Source: Callorhinchus milii
Taxonomy: Eukaryota
Length of the DNA stretch: 64,000 nucleotides
Direction of reading: 5' to 3'
Assembly (NCBI RefSeq): GCF_018977255.1
Contig: NW_024704743.1
Location: forward strand, 103,914,001 to 103,978,000
The first letter of the stretch is position 1. Each line of letters starts with the position of its first letter. Below are positions 49,981 through 63,163 of the stretch, in pieces. The notes under the pieces were generated by a model that was given only the letters and a program-made list of their open reading frames with translations, had not been told where the DNA came from and made no database searches. Made by a program: the position numbers and the translations under genes.

Positions 49981-51650
49981 GGGACTGCCCCTACATCCAA
50001 AACATAATTACAATGAGCTGCTAGACCACAATGGTGGAAGAGATTGATGAAGAAAGGAGTGATGGGATGTCGAAGGAGGATTGTCCTCATGATAGAAGTG
50101 GCTGGCAAATCACATCATTGTTCAGAGCAGGTCGACCTGTGTGTGGTTTTGGTTAGAATGATATCAGTCTCGGCTATGTTGCAGTATGAATATATGACTT
50201 CACTGTGCATTTTGGAAGAAATAAAATGGCCCTCTCCTAGAAAATAAAACTTCTTATCCCTTCTCTACAACAATGCCTGACATAACACTCACTGCAATTC
50301 CCTCTTGAACAGAGTAGTCATATAAATGCCTTTTTTAAAGATTATCACCACTCACTGCAATACGTTTTTCACGTGGTTTCCATAGGCAGACTTATAGGAT
50401 AGGGAAGGATGAGCATAAAGTGATCTCTTTAATACTAGAATCACCATCCATTTTCTTCTTGTTCCTAGATAAATGTCAGCAAGCTGTAACATCTGTCAGA
50501 AAAGTTCAGCTTTTGCTCAATAAAAAGCTTGTGTAAATTGATTTACAACGCTGTGAACGACTGCATGTTATATCATCATATGGGCATAAAAATGTGTTGA
50601 AACAGCTATTCAGTTCATCCTCAGAATCTTTGACACACCCCTAATTAGTTACATTTTTCATTTCAGTTTTTTTGTTTGTTTGGAGATGATTTTTACGCAC
50701 TTTCCAGTCACCCACAAGCTGTCACGTGTTCAGGGATATTTCAGAAAGTCCACAGAAGAATACCTGCTGCATTCAATCGAGCTGGAATGGTTTAACAACA
50801 ACAAATGACAGTTATATAGCGCCTTTCCTGTCAAAAGGACATCCCAAGATGCTGAAGCTGTTCAGGACGTTCAAATGCAAAATAAAGGCAGATTGTTTCA
50901 TTTTCGAATCCCACTCCGAATCCCAGTTCCCACTCCATCAACTCGGGCAAACTCAGTCGGGTTAACAAGTGCTTAAGTGCTTTTTGTTTTCAAAATGACT
51001 TGTGGAATGCCAGCTATCAAAGATCCACATGCTTCACTTGAAAAGTGTTTTCAGTAATCTCAACCTCCCTGGCTGGGGACTCTCACTCTTGGATCCACAT
51101 GGTGGTGCAAACATATTTTCTGACAGCTGGAACCAAATCAATTAAAATTGAGTCTCAACATAGAAGCACGTCAGTGATCAGTATTTCAACAGAGCTGGAC
51201 CTGGGCAATTGACAAGGATTTTGACATGGTTATGTCATGTGATAAATGGAATGGAAAGATGTTATAAAAACTGTTAAATCCACACCGAGCACTCAACTGA
51301 AGAGGTTAATACTGCAGTTAAGAGGCAGAATCAGAGCTGAAATCTGACCTTCGACTGTCAGTTTAAGCCTTGTGGATTCTGCACTGTCTGAGTCAATTGT
51401 GGCTCCAAGTGGAAGTGCTCGCTAGGTGAGTCATTCAGTTCAGTTTGTACCGAGCACACATTCATTCATGCAGTGGACAACAATGTATCTTTGCAAACAA
51501 GATCAGAAGAGGCGACTGGGGAAAGGAAAGGAGTGTGTGTGTGTGTGTGTGGGGAGGAGGGGTGGGGGGGGGGAGAGAGACAAGTGATTTTAAAGGGGCA
51601 GTATCTTTATTGGAACCAAAATGCAATTTTTTTGTTGGTACATACAATAA

Positions 51651-51738
51651 ATAATAATAATCCTTGCATTTGATATAGTGCCTTACCACATTGTTGAGAC
51701 GTCTCAAAGCGCTTCACAGGATATACTGTAAAGTAAAT
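51651..51738 (-). mobile_element. Young SINE 3' tail fragment
   Basis: ataataataatccttgcatttgatatagtgcctt...gagacgtctcaaagcgcttcacag. Confidence 0.8.
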
Positions 51739-52269
51739 GGCGCATTGGTTAAAGAACTGCCCAACCCAGTATTGGGAGTTATAGATTGGTTTGAATTCTG
51801 ACTTGTGCTTTTGTTTTTGGACAAACTGGTGTCTGACACATGGGGAAATCCATCACCACACTCCAAAGTATCCAAACCAAAACTTATTGCTGATACTGAT
51901 AATACATTTCATTCTGAGAAAGATTTGGGAGCAGTTTGAAGTGAATAGTTGACAGAATCCCAACCCTACTCATTCCAGATTTTATCATAGAAAACCCCAT
52001 TCTTCCTTATGACTGCATTTGATCCCTCTCCACTAGAGACATCTGCTCTTGGGTATTTATCATTGACTCTGTCCAAGACTCCATCCCCTCCACCCAACAA
52101 ACACACAGACACAAACATAGCATTTTCTCCCCACACCACATACACACATATTGTACATATGTGTAAAAATCCTTCCTCTTGGAGGGGGTCGGAAGTGGGG
52201 GCAGGTAAATAGAATCTCTTTGGGCTGAGTTTGCTCCAAAATAACATGCCTGACAATAGAATATTAGAA

Positions 52270-52590
52270 CCAACAACAACAATTTACAGTTATATTACAC
52301 CAAACATGTTGGGTGGACATCTCAATATGTTTCACACAGCTGACTGGGACTCCAAGATGGGAGCTGAGGAGAGGGGCAAAAAAGTAACCAAAGTGTGGTT
52401 GAAAAGATAGGTTTTTAAAGAGGAGGGAGGGGGTGAGACAGAAGGACACCAAGATGGAGTTCCAGGGAGCAGGGGCTAGAATTGCTGAATTGCTCATTCA
52501 CTGTTGGTGGGACCTGCCATAGGGCAGGGTCATCAAGCAGGCCTGTGTTTGTTGAGTGGAGGGAGTGGCCTGGACAACAGGGTTATAGAA
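52270..52590 (-). mobile_element. Old L2 3' fragment
   Basis: (CAA)n start; minus strand gives APAPWNSI and an ...ccctgccctatggcaggtcccacc segment like the other L2 ends. Confidence 0.55.
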
Positions 52591-53194
52591 GGTCCACCTC
52601 ACCTCTTCTTTCCTCACCTTTAAAGTCTGGTCTTGAGACCTATCGTTTCCAACGTGTTTTTAGCATGTCAGCCTACACTATATGAGCTCCATTCTCAAAA
52701 TGGGTTTTGAACCCACAACCTACTGCCTCAGAGGCAAGAGTGCTACCAACTGAACCAGGCTGACACATCAATGTGTGTACAGAGGTGGAACTCTTTGGTA
52801 AAGGGCAACTCCATTATATTGCAGTGTCTCAGAACAAACATTGTGTTATAATTGGTCAAGAAAAAAAGTAAGTGGTCTCATTTCTGGATCGTCAGTTTGT
52901 GTTTTACATCACTGCTGGTGCAGACTGGCTGGATGCCTATACATGTGTGCATTACACAATGAGCTGACTGATCACTATTCTCCCTTGTGTTTCTAACTAT
53001 GAGACTAGTGGCCAGGCCACTGGGAGAAACTCTCTTCTCTTTTTGAAATTAACCATCTGGTTTCCTGCACGCTGTGCACATGTGCAAGAAGTGGGCCGGT
53101 CCACGAAGTAGCATTTCCTTTAACCATGGGTCCACAGGAGACCTGTGTTAAAGGTGGATACACACTCCAGCAAAACACCTCATAGTGGGGTTAC

Positions 53195-53270
53195 CCTGAA
53201 ATCTGGTTTAGATGCTCTTAATTTTGGTGCTGCGTTTTCATGCATGTCAGACACTCAGCTGACCAAAACA
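53195..53270 (+). mobile_element. Family X 3' terminus on a different upstream sequence
   Basis: tctggtttagatgctcttaattttggtgctgcgttttcatgcatgtcagacactcagctgaccaaaa matches 3800-3870 and 56560-56626. Confidence 0.55.
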
Positions 53271-55059
53271 GAAGAACGATTATGCAGCATTTCTGATGTC
53301 TATCGATAAGTAGCTACACATGCACAATTTACACAGATGTATCAATAATTTACGTATGTGCATGTTGTTTAACATCTTTATACATGTGAAATATTTTGCT
53401 GCATTAAAAGTCCAAGTTGCTGAGGTTCTGAAATACAAGCAAGGAAGTTCCGCTTCATCTGCCTGCGCACACTCAAGTACTAAATCTCTCAGTTCATTAC
53501 AGGACAAGGTCTGTGAATCATCATGACATTCATCACAAAAGGAACAAAATTATTAATTTGATTTTACTCACATTCACCCCAGACAATTAAGAAATTTGTG
53601 GAATTATTTTCTTAGAAAATTATTTTCATTTTATGTTCACATAAATGTATAATTTTTTGGAAGTCATTTTGGTTGTCATTTGTGCAACTTAGTGCTACAA
53701 ATTAATGCTACTGCTCGCCAGCTGATCACATTTGGAGAGGGGACCTTAATTTAACATCTCATCCGATAGACCAGATTAAAATTGGTCATTCACTTCATGG
53801 CTGCTTGTGGGATCTTGCTATGCACAAATTGACTGTTGTGTTTACCTACAAATACCTTCACTATACTTTACAGTTAAATCCTGCTTTGAAATGTCCTTGA
53901 CATGAAAGCCAAGCACTATGTCAAATGCAAGGATTATTCTAATTATTGTTATATGGATAGTGCCTTTAACCAGTTTATTGCTCTCCAGTGGGTTGTCGTG
54001 TCAACCTAAACTGTAAGCTCAAACATATATACATGGAGCTTGAATCCACAGGCTTCTGATTCAGAAGCGAGACTGCCACAAGTGAAGCCAAACTGCAGTA
54101 ACACACAGGAAACAGCTCTCCATTTAGGGCCTGACTTTATTGTTACTTCCAATGGTTATAAAAATGGTTTAGCAGTATCATTAAAAAAAGTTGCATTGTA
54201 GCCCAAGCATTGCTGAGATTTAGCACTCAGCTCTTGCAGAAAGTGGAAATTATTACGTAAAACATGATGTGTGGTAAATTCAGCCATTCTTTATTTAAAA
54301 ATTGCTCTGGCTGCCTGCACTGGTACAGTCACGTTTCAGGTAGTGTATTTTAGCAAAGTTACTACAAAACCAAAAAATTTAGCTTGTTTCAGAGACAGAA
54401 AACCTTAAACGAACTCTTCACCCTTAAGGAAGAAATGACCTTAAAAATACGTGAGAATTTGTTGTTCAGGCAAAGGAAATCAACATAACATTGAACAGAA
54501 TGGCCTTAGTGTGACCTTTGCTCAGCCACCATGGTTCATGGTGCTGACTATTATAGCAGGTGGTGACCTACAACTTCAAGCAAGAAAATATTTCAAATTA
54601 TGACTTAAAGCCAGTCACAGATCATCAATGGGCAAGGTGAAACCAAAAGCACTTCTACATTCAGCTGTACACAAATGCCATTAGGATTGTTCCATTGTTA
54701 AGGACATTAATCAACAAGCGTGAGCAATCCATTCGCTCAGTTTGGATAAGTGGGTCTTCAAATTAATTTATCTGTAATTAGCTTTCAATTGTCTGGATAA
54801 CAAGAAACAAGTGACAGTCATGTACTGTACTTTGGGACACATTTGCGTACGACTGCCAGGGAGGTGGAAGGTAAACTAGATGAACCTTGGGTTTTTTTTG
54901 TCTAGCATTTCTTATGTTCTTATCTTCTCCTAATGGAAGGACTGCGTCTGAAATAAACAATTAATTTGTAACTTGTTAAGTCACACAATTTATTTTTATT
55001 ACTGGCATCTCTCTCACAGAATCATTAATCTTGGCTCTTTAGTCTTGAAGTGAAATCAG

Positions 55060-55390
55060 AGAGGGGACCCCACAGTGGTATATAAGAATTTATTTGGGAT
55101 TGAGAAAGTACATTCAGAACAATACTTTCAGATGTGCCAAGACAGCAAAACAAGAGGACACCGGTTTAGAGTTGCAAAGAGTAATTTCTAGATAGACACC
55201 AAGAAGGATCTCTTTACCCAGAGGATAATTAATGACAGGAAGAGTGGTTGAGGTCAGGATGTTGGACCCACTTTAAAAAATAGTTTGTGATGTTGTGATG
55301 AGAAGACAGTAGGATGGTTATTCTGGAAAGATGAGATCAAATGGTCCACAGAGTCTTCTTCATATAAATCAATCTTATGATCGTGTGATG
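55060..55390 (+). mobile_element. CR1-clade LINE 3' end
   Basis: Encodes SKTRGHRFRVAKSNF*IDTKKDLFTQRII; UTR homologous to 8950-9095. Confidence 0.75.
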
Positions 55391-55537
55391 CCCACATTTT
55401 TGTTTCATTTTGTGGAATACTGGCTTAACTCAACCAGTTATAATCATCATATCAAGGAGATCTCCAGTAAGATTTTCTGTTTGAATCAACATTTTTCTAA
55501 GTTTCACAAGAGTTCACTCATGAATATCTTTAGATTT

Positions 55538-55680
55538 GTGTGACATTGCTGTGCGCAACTGGTTGCTGCCTTTCGCCCACAAAACACACGGGTCAATCCA
55601 TTTTACAATATATTCTGTGAAGCGTTTTGAGAAGTCTCAATGACATGATAAGATATATATCAAATGCAAGGATTATTATT
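55538..55680 (+). mobile_element. Young tRNA Deu SINE, 3' fragment
   Basis: gacattgctgtgcgcaactggttgctgcctttcgcccacaaa...caaatgcaaggattattatt. Confidence 0.8.
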
Positions 55681-56205
55681 GTGCAAGCAGATGTTTATAA
55701 CCTCCTTCTCTTCTTCTGATCCTACTCCATCCCACCCATTGTACACAAATCACTGGCTAAGAAGCCTGTCCCAGGGCTCCATCTATGCAAATAATGAGCG
55801 ACTCATTAGGAGGTAAGCAGAGTGAATCACCAATGGCTTCAACTGATCCCCTATCTTCTCTGGAATAAAATAGTTAGCCTACGCTTCTCCAGATAACATT
55901 CCTGCCATCACAAGCTAAGCACACAGGAACCTCTTAGGAAATATCAACACATAAATTACTCAGTATCATAGAATTATACAGCCCAGAAGGAGGCCATTTG
56001 GCCCAACGTGTTTGAGCTGGCTCTTTGAAAAGAGCTATCCAAATCAATCCCACTCCCCCATATTCTCCCAATATCCTTACAAACTTGTCCTCCCCAAATA
56101 ATTATCTATTAGAAAGTACATCTTTAATAACTTGCACTTATATAGTGCCTTTTGACATAGGACAATGTATCAAACACTTTAAACAGACAGAGTGAAACTT
56201 TAAAG

Positions 56206-56628
56206 TGATAGGGCCCTGTACAGCCAAACATCACCTGCTCCATCAGGAATAGAGATCACTGGGGACAGGGATTCTTCCCATCAGCTCCTGTTACGCCCGC
56301 AAGCCAAAGCCCTAACAAGTAGGGTGGTCGTAGCAGCACATGCAGCAGAAAGCTTGCCAGAGAGTGCTCTCCATGCTGTTTTAGCTATGGTTAGATTCCA
56401 GCAGTACCTCCAATGCACACTCTGTGGTCCCCAAGCCTTGGCTTTTGCCAACCTGTAACGAATACTCTCCAGAATTAGGTAAGCAGCGTGTGTCTCTCAA
56501 GGAAGAGAGCATATTCCATTCGAGACCATGTGTGGGTGGTATACATATGGGAACTCTCTGTCTAGTTTGGATACTCTTAAGCTTGGTGATGCATTCTGCA
56601 TGTATCAGTCAGCTGACCCAAAAAAGAA
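56206..56628 (+). mobile_element. Family X retroposon copy flanked by a long imperfect direct repeat
   Basis: cactggggacagggattc..cagctcctgtta..gcaagccaaagccctaac..gtagggtggtc matches 3470-3870; ends cagctgacccaaaaaagaaa. Confidence 0.75.
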
Positions 56629-58496
56629 ATCTATTATGAATTTCTATCAGAGATAGAACTTGCACTTATATAATGCCTTTCACATAGGATAATGTCTCAA
56701 ACCACTTTATACAGACCGAATGAAACTTTAAAGTCAAGGTGCCAAGGAGGTCCATTTTCAAAGAGGTATTAGCACTTTCAAACAGACCTGTCTTTTATTA
56801 TTTTCCCAAACCCAGGAACCCATAAATTATTATTGAGCTAGACCTGAATTGATATTCAAAGTTTTTCCTTTAGGATTAGTTTTCTTTGACTTCCTCACTC
56901 CTCGTACCTTCATAGTCTGGCCAGGATCCTTGGGTTTTTGTGGTAGGAAATGTCTCAACATTTCAAAATACAGTTTTACACTATTACTGAAACTGACTAC
57001 AAAATTGTTCCAGATCTAAAGTGGGCTGCCTGAACGTGCCAGAGGCATGCGTCACACACTCGCATGGGCCAAGAACTGGCAGGGGGGAAAAATGCAGTAT
57101 TTTGTTAAGTGTGTAAGTATGGTTTGAGAAACCCAAATTCATTTGGACTGGTCTCAGCACTAGCACAAGGCACAGTTAAGCACATGCCTGAGGTAAACAA
57201 CTTTGCACGGTCTAGACAAAAGTTCTGGAATCCATTACGCTCTGTGTTCCGAGGTTCATCCGGCCCTCTTTAAGCAACGTTTCACAAACTGACTAGCAGT
57301 GACCTATCACAGATGGATTCAACTGCCCCTATACTTATACTGAATTAAAAGAGAAAGAACACCAAATGTTACTGCTCCCTGTGAGCAGAGCTGAAAGACC
57401 ACACACAAGGTGGAGTGACTGTGAACTTTCTGGTGAATGTTTTATTGTATCCCCCTAATTGGCAGAATTACTTTAGAATTGGAAAAACAAGTTCAGGTTT
57501 TGTTAAATCAATCTGTAATTACTTTATGAATAGGATCTGATTGGGAGCAGAGGCCGTTGGAGTTTCAGTATCCCCTGGAGGATGAGGGGGAAGAGAGAGA
57601 GGAGAGGAGGGGAGGGGAAATCAGAAATGCCGGTTTGCTTGCTGTGATTGGGCTGGCAATGTCTAGCTGAGAGAATGCAAGATTTGTTCTGCTCTGGGCA
57701 GCCTGTAGTGCAGCAATTAGGATGTTCGTGTTGTAGCCTTTGGTTCAAACTCCAGCAAAAACTGAGACAAATTCAGAAACCACTGTGCCTTTCATTTTAA
57801 CAGTTTAGACACAGACTCCACGTTGGGAGAGGGTGGCAAAAGATAATTAGGAAATTTCAGCTTAGAGAAAATCTAATGTTTCATCTTTTTTTGATTACAT
57901 CCTGTTATAAATATGATCTCCACATATTTCATAATTTTCCCTGTTATTAATTGATAGAAGATTTTCTCTGATGAATTATTCCTATTCAATAGACGTCTTA
58001 TTAACAGCAACAGGAGCTAAAGAAATAGGGGCAACTCTCATTTTGTAAATAGAGGTGGAGTTAAAGCTTTTGTCTTGTGTCATCCTTTTAGCTTGAGGCA
58101 AGATGCACAGTGACCTAGAAGAGAGGAATATTGTGCAGAATAATGACTTCTGATAGTTGTTAACAAAGATAAAATAAGAAGAGTGCAGCATGGACTGGAT
58201 GTACAGGATTCCTTCCTTTGAAACACAAACCAATCTGTTCCAAGTGTTAAAGTACCAATCTCTAATCAGGAGCCTCCTTACTTGGAGTAATCAATGTTGA
58301 AAGATGTACTATATATTATCAATGATCAAAACTGAAAATGTAACCTAGTTAGAGTTGTTGCTTTAATGAATGTTCCTTGCAGTGTTCAACTACAGCACAT
58401 GTGGAGAAATCAGTTTCTGAACTTTTATGCCATGGATTGTTTGAGTAAAATTGGAGTTGGATTGGTAATCATGGGCCTATCAATCATGGGAATCAT

Positions 58497-58716
58497 GGGA
58501 TTCCATCCCGCAGTCCCTCGGCCTTGCCCCCTCCTTGCCTCCGTCAAGATCCATCTCAAGACCCTCCTCTTTACCGTGCCTTCGGTCACCCTCCGTCCCC
58601 CATGCCCTCCACACTCCCCGATCCCGACCTCCAGCTCGGGTCCAAAACACTGACTGTCCAATGTCTTGGGACGTCCTCCCGACATGAAAGGCGCTATACA
58701 AATGTAATTTTGTTAC
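58497..58716 (+). mobile_element. L2 3' end
   Basis: ttccatcccgcagtccctc...ctcaagaccctcctcttt...gggacgtcctcccgacatgaaaggcgctatacaaatgtaattttgtt. Confidence 0.85.
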
Positions 58717-59014
58717 TGTCACATAAGGAACCAGCAGTAAGATCAGCAACATCCCCTTCCCTCCAGCCCCCAACCCAACCCACACCAGTCTCTTTCCGTT
58801 ACAGAATATTATAGCTCAACAGTAAAACAAGCACCAGATGAAAAAACAGGCAGGAAATTAACTCAGAATGAAAATAGGATATGATCTACTCAATCCTAAC
58901 TAGGTGCAAATAAATTCTGAATTGTTTAATTTTCACTCTTTAAACTTTTTTTTGATCAGATCATAACATTTCCAAACAATGTTTTAAAAATTCCTCAAAA
59001 TTAAATATTACTTT

Positions 59015-59612
59015 GGATGAAGAAGGCCCTTCGGCCTGTCTGATCTCATCCCTGGGGAATACCCACTCTACCATCCTCCCATCACAGCAATCAAGATGTA
59101 TTTTAATTGAATCTAGTCTCCTAGTATCAACTGCCCTTCCTGTTAACAGTCCTTAATTACGCTCTGCGTAAAGAAAACCATTCTGGTATCTGTTCTGAAA
59201 TTGCCCTTGGCAACTTTACACTTGAGTCCTCTTGTTTTACTATCTTGATGTATTCTGAAATATTGTTTACTTTTTCAACCCAATTTAAAATTTTATACAC
59301 GTCTGTAAGGTGCCCTCTGAGTTGTCTCTGCTTAAGACTAAAGAGTCCCAGCTTGTCTAATTGTAGCTCATATTTCAGTCCAATTACACTGGGGATCATT
59401 CGCATTGCTCTCCTCTACACTGCCGCTAGGGCCTGGGTAGCCCCCTAATGTCACAGTAACCAGAATCGTTTCCAGTATTCAAGCCCTGAACACTGTACAG
59501 GCTGAGTATGACGTCTCAGGATCTAAACTCAACTGATTACACCCAGGATCTTGTTTGCCTTGTTTATTGATACCTCACCCTGTTGATCATAGTGAGTGAA
59601 GAGTCAACTAAA
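59015..59612 (-). mobile_element. CR1-clade LINE 3' fragment
   Basis: ORF RMIPSVIGLKYELQLDKLGLFSLKQRQLRGHLTDVYKIL. Confidence 0.85.
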
Positions 59613-62289
59613 ACAGTAGTTTTATTTATTTATAAAATTTATTTATAAAATTCTTTTATTATTGATCTAAACTGTTCAGATTGCTAATATTTTAAATGTT
59701 ACATTTCAAATGTTCTGAACTGTCCTTTTTTCTAAATAAACTGAATGCTGCGTTACAATATGTCTTCCATGCATCTTGAACTACATATCCTGAATGGGTA
59801 TATAAAACGTTATCACAAAGTACCAATAAAGACAGGAGGAGGGTGCTGTGCTCAATGGTGATGTGAAAAATTGTACACATACTGGATAGATTTTGTATCG
59901 AAAACATACATCAGTTTTACATTTTACATCAGCCATTTCATTACAAATTGGGTTGTAAACTCCCTTCATGTGGAAATTTCAGGGAGTTATTTTGTGCTTC
60001 AAAAATCCAGATGGAGTGTACTGCAGATGATATTTGATGAATGGGGAAGGATTACTGTGGAGGAAATGTGTTGATATGCCGAGGACGGCCTTGTCGACTG
60101 ATCCACGGAGCTGGCATGTTTTAGATTTGGGTTTGAATAATTAAAGAGACCAGTTAATTGTGAGGGGAATTCAGTGCGACAGAGGCGTGCTGATACACAA
60201 AAGAAGTTCTGCTTGACTGACCGTTGAAGCTGGTGTATTTCGGAGCAATAAATTAATTAAACAGGATAGTGCAGATTTCATTGAATGGGGAAGAACCAGA
60301 TGTTTCTGGTTCAAGGTGGTCTCCCTGACTATTCCAGATGTTTGGGTAACAGGCAGCAAGTTGGATCACGTTGTGAAGACACCAGGAAATTATGGAACTC
60401 CATCTCATCTCAACCACTATGATGGTCAAGGCTCCTAAATCATTGCCTGTCTGTAGTTTTGAGTTTAAATGGTTAAAAATGATTCCAAAAAAGTCTGACC
60501 AGTCATTGATGGTGTATGTGCTCTGAGATGCTGCCCTGTCTGAAGGGCCCTAAATAAAAGCAAGTTATTGTTGCTTGTAGTTTATCTTGTAAGTGCGGTC
60601 ATTTGTATTTCACAAAGTCAATCCACTCAATGTTGTCAGGCTACGATGTGAATACCCACTAATTCTGGTGATGCTTCAGAAAGATAATTAAATGTGTTTG
60701 CCAGTGGAACCCTGAGTCTGATGAGGATGTAATTTGAAGAGTCTGGGGAAGTCCCAATTTATTGCAGATAATCACAACAAACATGGCTAGAAGTTTTACA
60801 TTTCAACTATTATCCACTGAACAGAACTGCAGGATACCAGCATTTTTTTTAGTACAAATGAACTAATCCTTCCAAACTCTGAATGAATAAGATTATATTA
60901 AACATTCTGCCATGTGAAACATGTACCCATTGAGTATAATCTGATGTGTACAATCTGTTGCATAACACACAACACACAAACATGTTATATATGTATAAAA
61001 AACCCAAGCTCATCCCTTTAGAACAACTACTATATGTTCATTCACAGATACTAATTTTAAGGTTAATTTGAAAGCACTTCAATTGTGATCCTCTGCACAC
61101 GATCTGTGTGGCACAATACAGCTGTTGCAGTCAATGGCTGATTATACTAATTTCCTCAAACTATAGAATCAATTTCTGCAAGCACTTGATCATTGGAGAG
61201 CTAACCCGAAACTAACAAGGGGCAGGAGAGAATCCTTGACCTCTCCAACAATTGTTACAATGCAGAACCTTGTTTATTTTCAATGAGACTGTTTCCAGCT
61301 TTGGTTCCAATGTACAGAGGTGATCAGCAAACTCTGAGATTAAAGCACAGCTTTCCATCTAGCACATTTTTTTACCTCTAAATGTTTTAGCATTTCGAAA
61401 GATCACATTGCTTTGAATAACACTTGTATGCTACTGGTTTATCAGCAGGTTAATGGAATGGTTTCAGATGCGAGCCTTGCCACCAGAGGCAACCAGCTCA
61501 TTTCAGTCTTTGAAACAGCAGAATTAATAGGTCGCCAATTTATTATGTATAACCACAGAATATGTGCTTCGTTTTAATAGTAAGTTTAACATATTCAATC
61601 AACATTTAATCTATGCAACTTTGAAGTAAAGATCAATTTTGGTGCCATGCAACATTAAACTTTGTTTATTGTAAGAATGTTCAAGACTGTTCAAAGATTT
61701 GGCACAACTACTTCACTTCAAAAGGACTATAATTTCTGATTTGAGCGATTGAAATGTTTAACAGTTCATGTGATATAAGAATTAATAATATATGGGAGAT
61801 AACTTATCATTGAGCGCTGAACGCAGGTGTTCTTTCATGAGTATATAAAGCAAACCCATAATTCTTAACCAGCTGCCACTTGCACAAAAAGTATGATGGT
61901 CTTTCACATAATTAAACTTACTCTGAGCCAGTCATTAAGAGTGAGTTAATTTTTAATTCTTTCAAGCTTCAAAATGGAATCGTAACTCTGCAAGTAAAAA
62001 AAATATTTTTACATATTATGCACCATAACAATAGGTGACAGCTGGAGACAATTCTGGCAGGAGCAGACACATCCTGAATGTGATTCTGGCAGCTGCTCGT
62101 TTGCAGAGGCTAACTTTCAGGATTGATACTAGTGTAAAAATGAGCAAGTCACTGGTTTTCCCAATGCCTTTGCATAAAATACACATTCATTACATTTTAC
62201 AACAGTGGTCTCCAACCTTTATCCAACAGAACCAATCGCATAAAGGACTTACTCAGGAAATATCCCAATTTACTGTATGCTCAGTCCAC

Positions 62290-62966
62290 CCCTTACTGTA
62301 AAGTAGTTGACTATGTGTTTGTGGGCAAACACAGCATCCAATTTGTACACAGCAGCATCTTGCAAACAGCCATGAAGTAATCACCAATTTGGGGGATTGT
62401 CAGCCAGAACACCAGGAGAAACTCGCTTGTCTTTTTAAATAGTGCCAAGGGATCTGAAAAAGCAAATGGAACCTCGGTTTGATATCTTATCCAAAGCATA
62501 GCACTTCTAACAATGAAGTGTTGCTCAAGCATTGCACTGGAGTGACAACCTGGAGTCCTGTAGCTCAGTGGTTAGAGCACTCGCTTTGCAAGCGAGAGAC
62601 CTGAGTTCAATTCCAGGCAGGGCGAAACCTTGGGCAAGTTTCCTTACTCCACACGCCTAATAGTAATCCCTCCAAAAAAACCAAAAACAATAATAAATTG
62701 GTTATTTTCAATCCACGATGGTTTGTGGGACATTGCTGTGCGTAATTGGCTGTCGCGTTCGCCCACAAATATACAGTCAATTCACTTTACAGTGTGTTCT
62801 GTGAAGTGCTTTGGGACATCCTCCCGACATGAAAAGCGCTATATCAAATGTGAGGATTATTATTATTATAACCTAGACTATGTGTTCAAAGTCCCAACTT
62901 GGAGTTTGAACCCACAATCTTCTGACTCAGAGATGAGAGTGCTACAAACTGAGCTAGGCTGACACC
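62290..62966 (-). mobile_element. Older Deu-domain SINE split by a young SINE
   Basis: ...gcactggagtgacaacct | aacctagactatgtgttcaa...actgagctaggctgacacc. Confidence 0.8.
62552..62869 (+). mobile_element. Young tRNA Deu SINE, short subtype, full length, AACCT TSD
   Basis: Complete head with cloverleaf and (TTA)n tail; AACCT at 62547-62551 and 62870-62874. Confidence 0.92.
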
Positions 62967-63163
62967 CTGAAATCATCCAACACTGCTGTAGTGTGTACAA
63001 GAATTGTACTCCAGCAAGAGCTAACAACTTTATGAGAGGAAAGAAAACTAGAGTTGTAACAGAGAAGTTAAAGCTTACAGCAAAGGGCTAGAAGTATCTT
63101 TGATACGAAGGGGTTCAGATAACATTAGTGAATCATTAGTGAGTGTTTATGTAACATGGTATA

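Noticed and set aside
51533..51580. G-quadruplex-like (GT)n/G-run tract (also 7045-7165, 33431-33478)
   Set aside because: Simple-sequence or L2 UTR origin; no evidence of function
53280..53526. Overlapping ORFs on both strands as a host exon
   Set aside because: No recognisable homology and no matching splice sites
62203..62240. hAT/Charlie-like end CAGTGGTCTCCAACCTTT (also CAGGGTTGCCA at ~33229)
   Set aside because: No matching opposite terminus or 8-bp TSD found
62554..62625. tRNA-Ala(TGC) gene (also 5612, 7205, 39250 and others)
   Set aside because: The cloverleaf runs directly into the SINE body with a tail and TSD; it is a SINE head, not a tRNA gene
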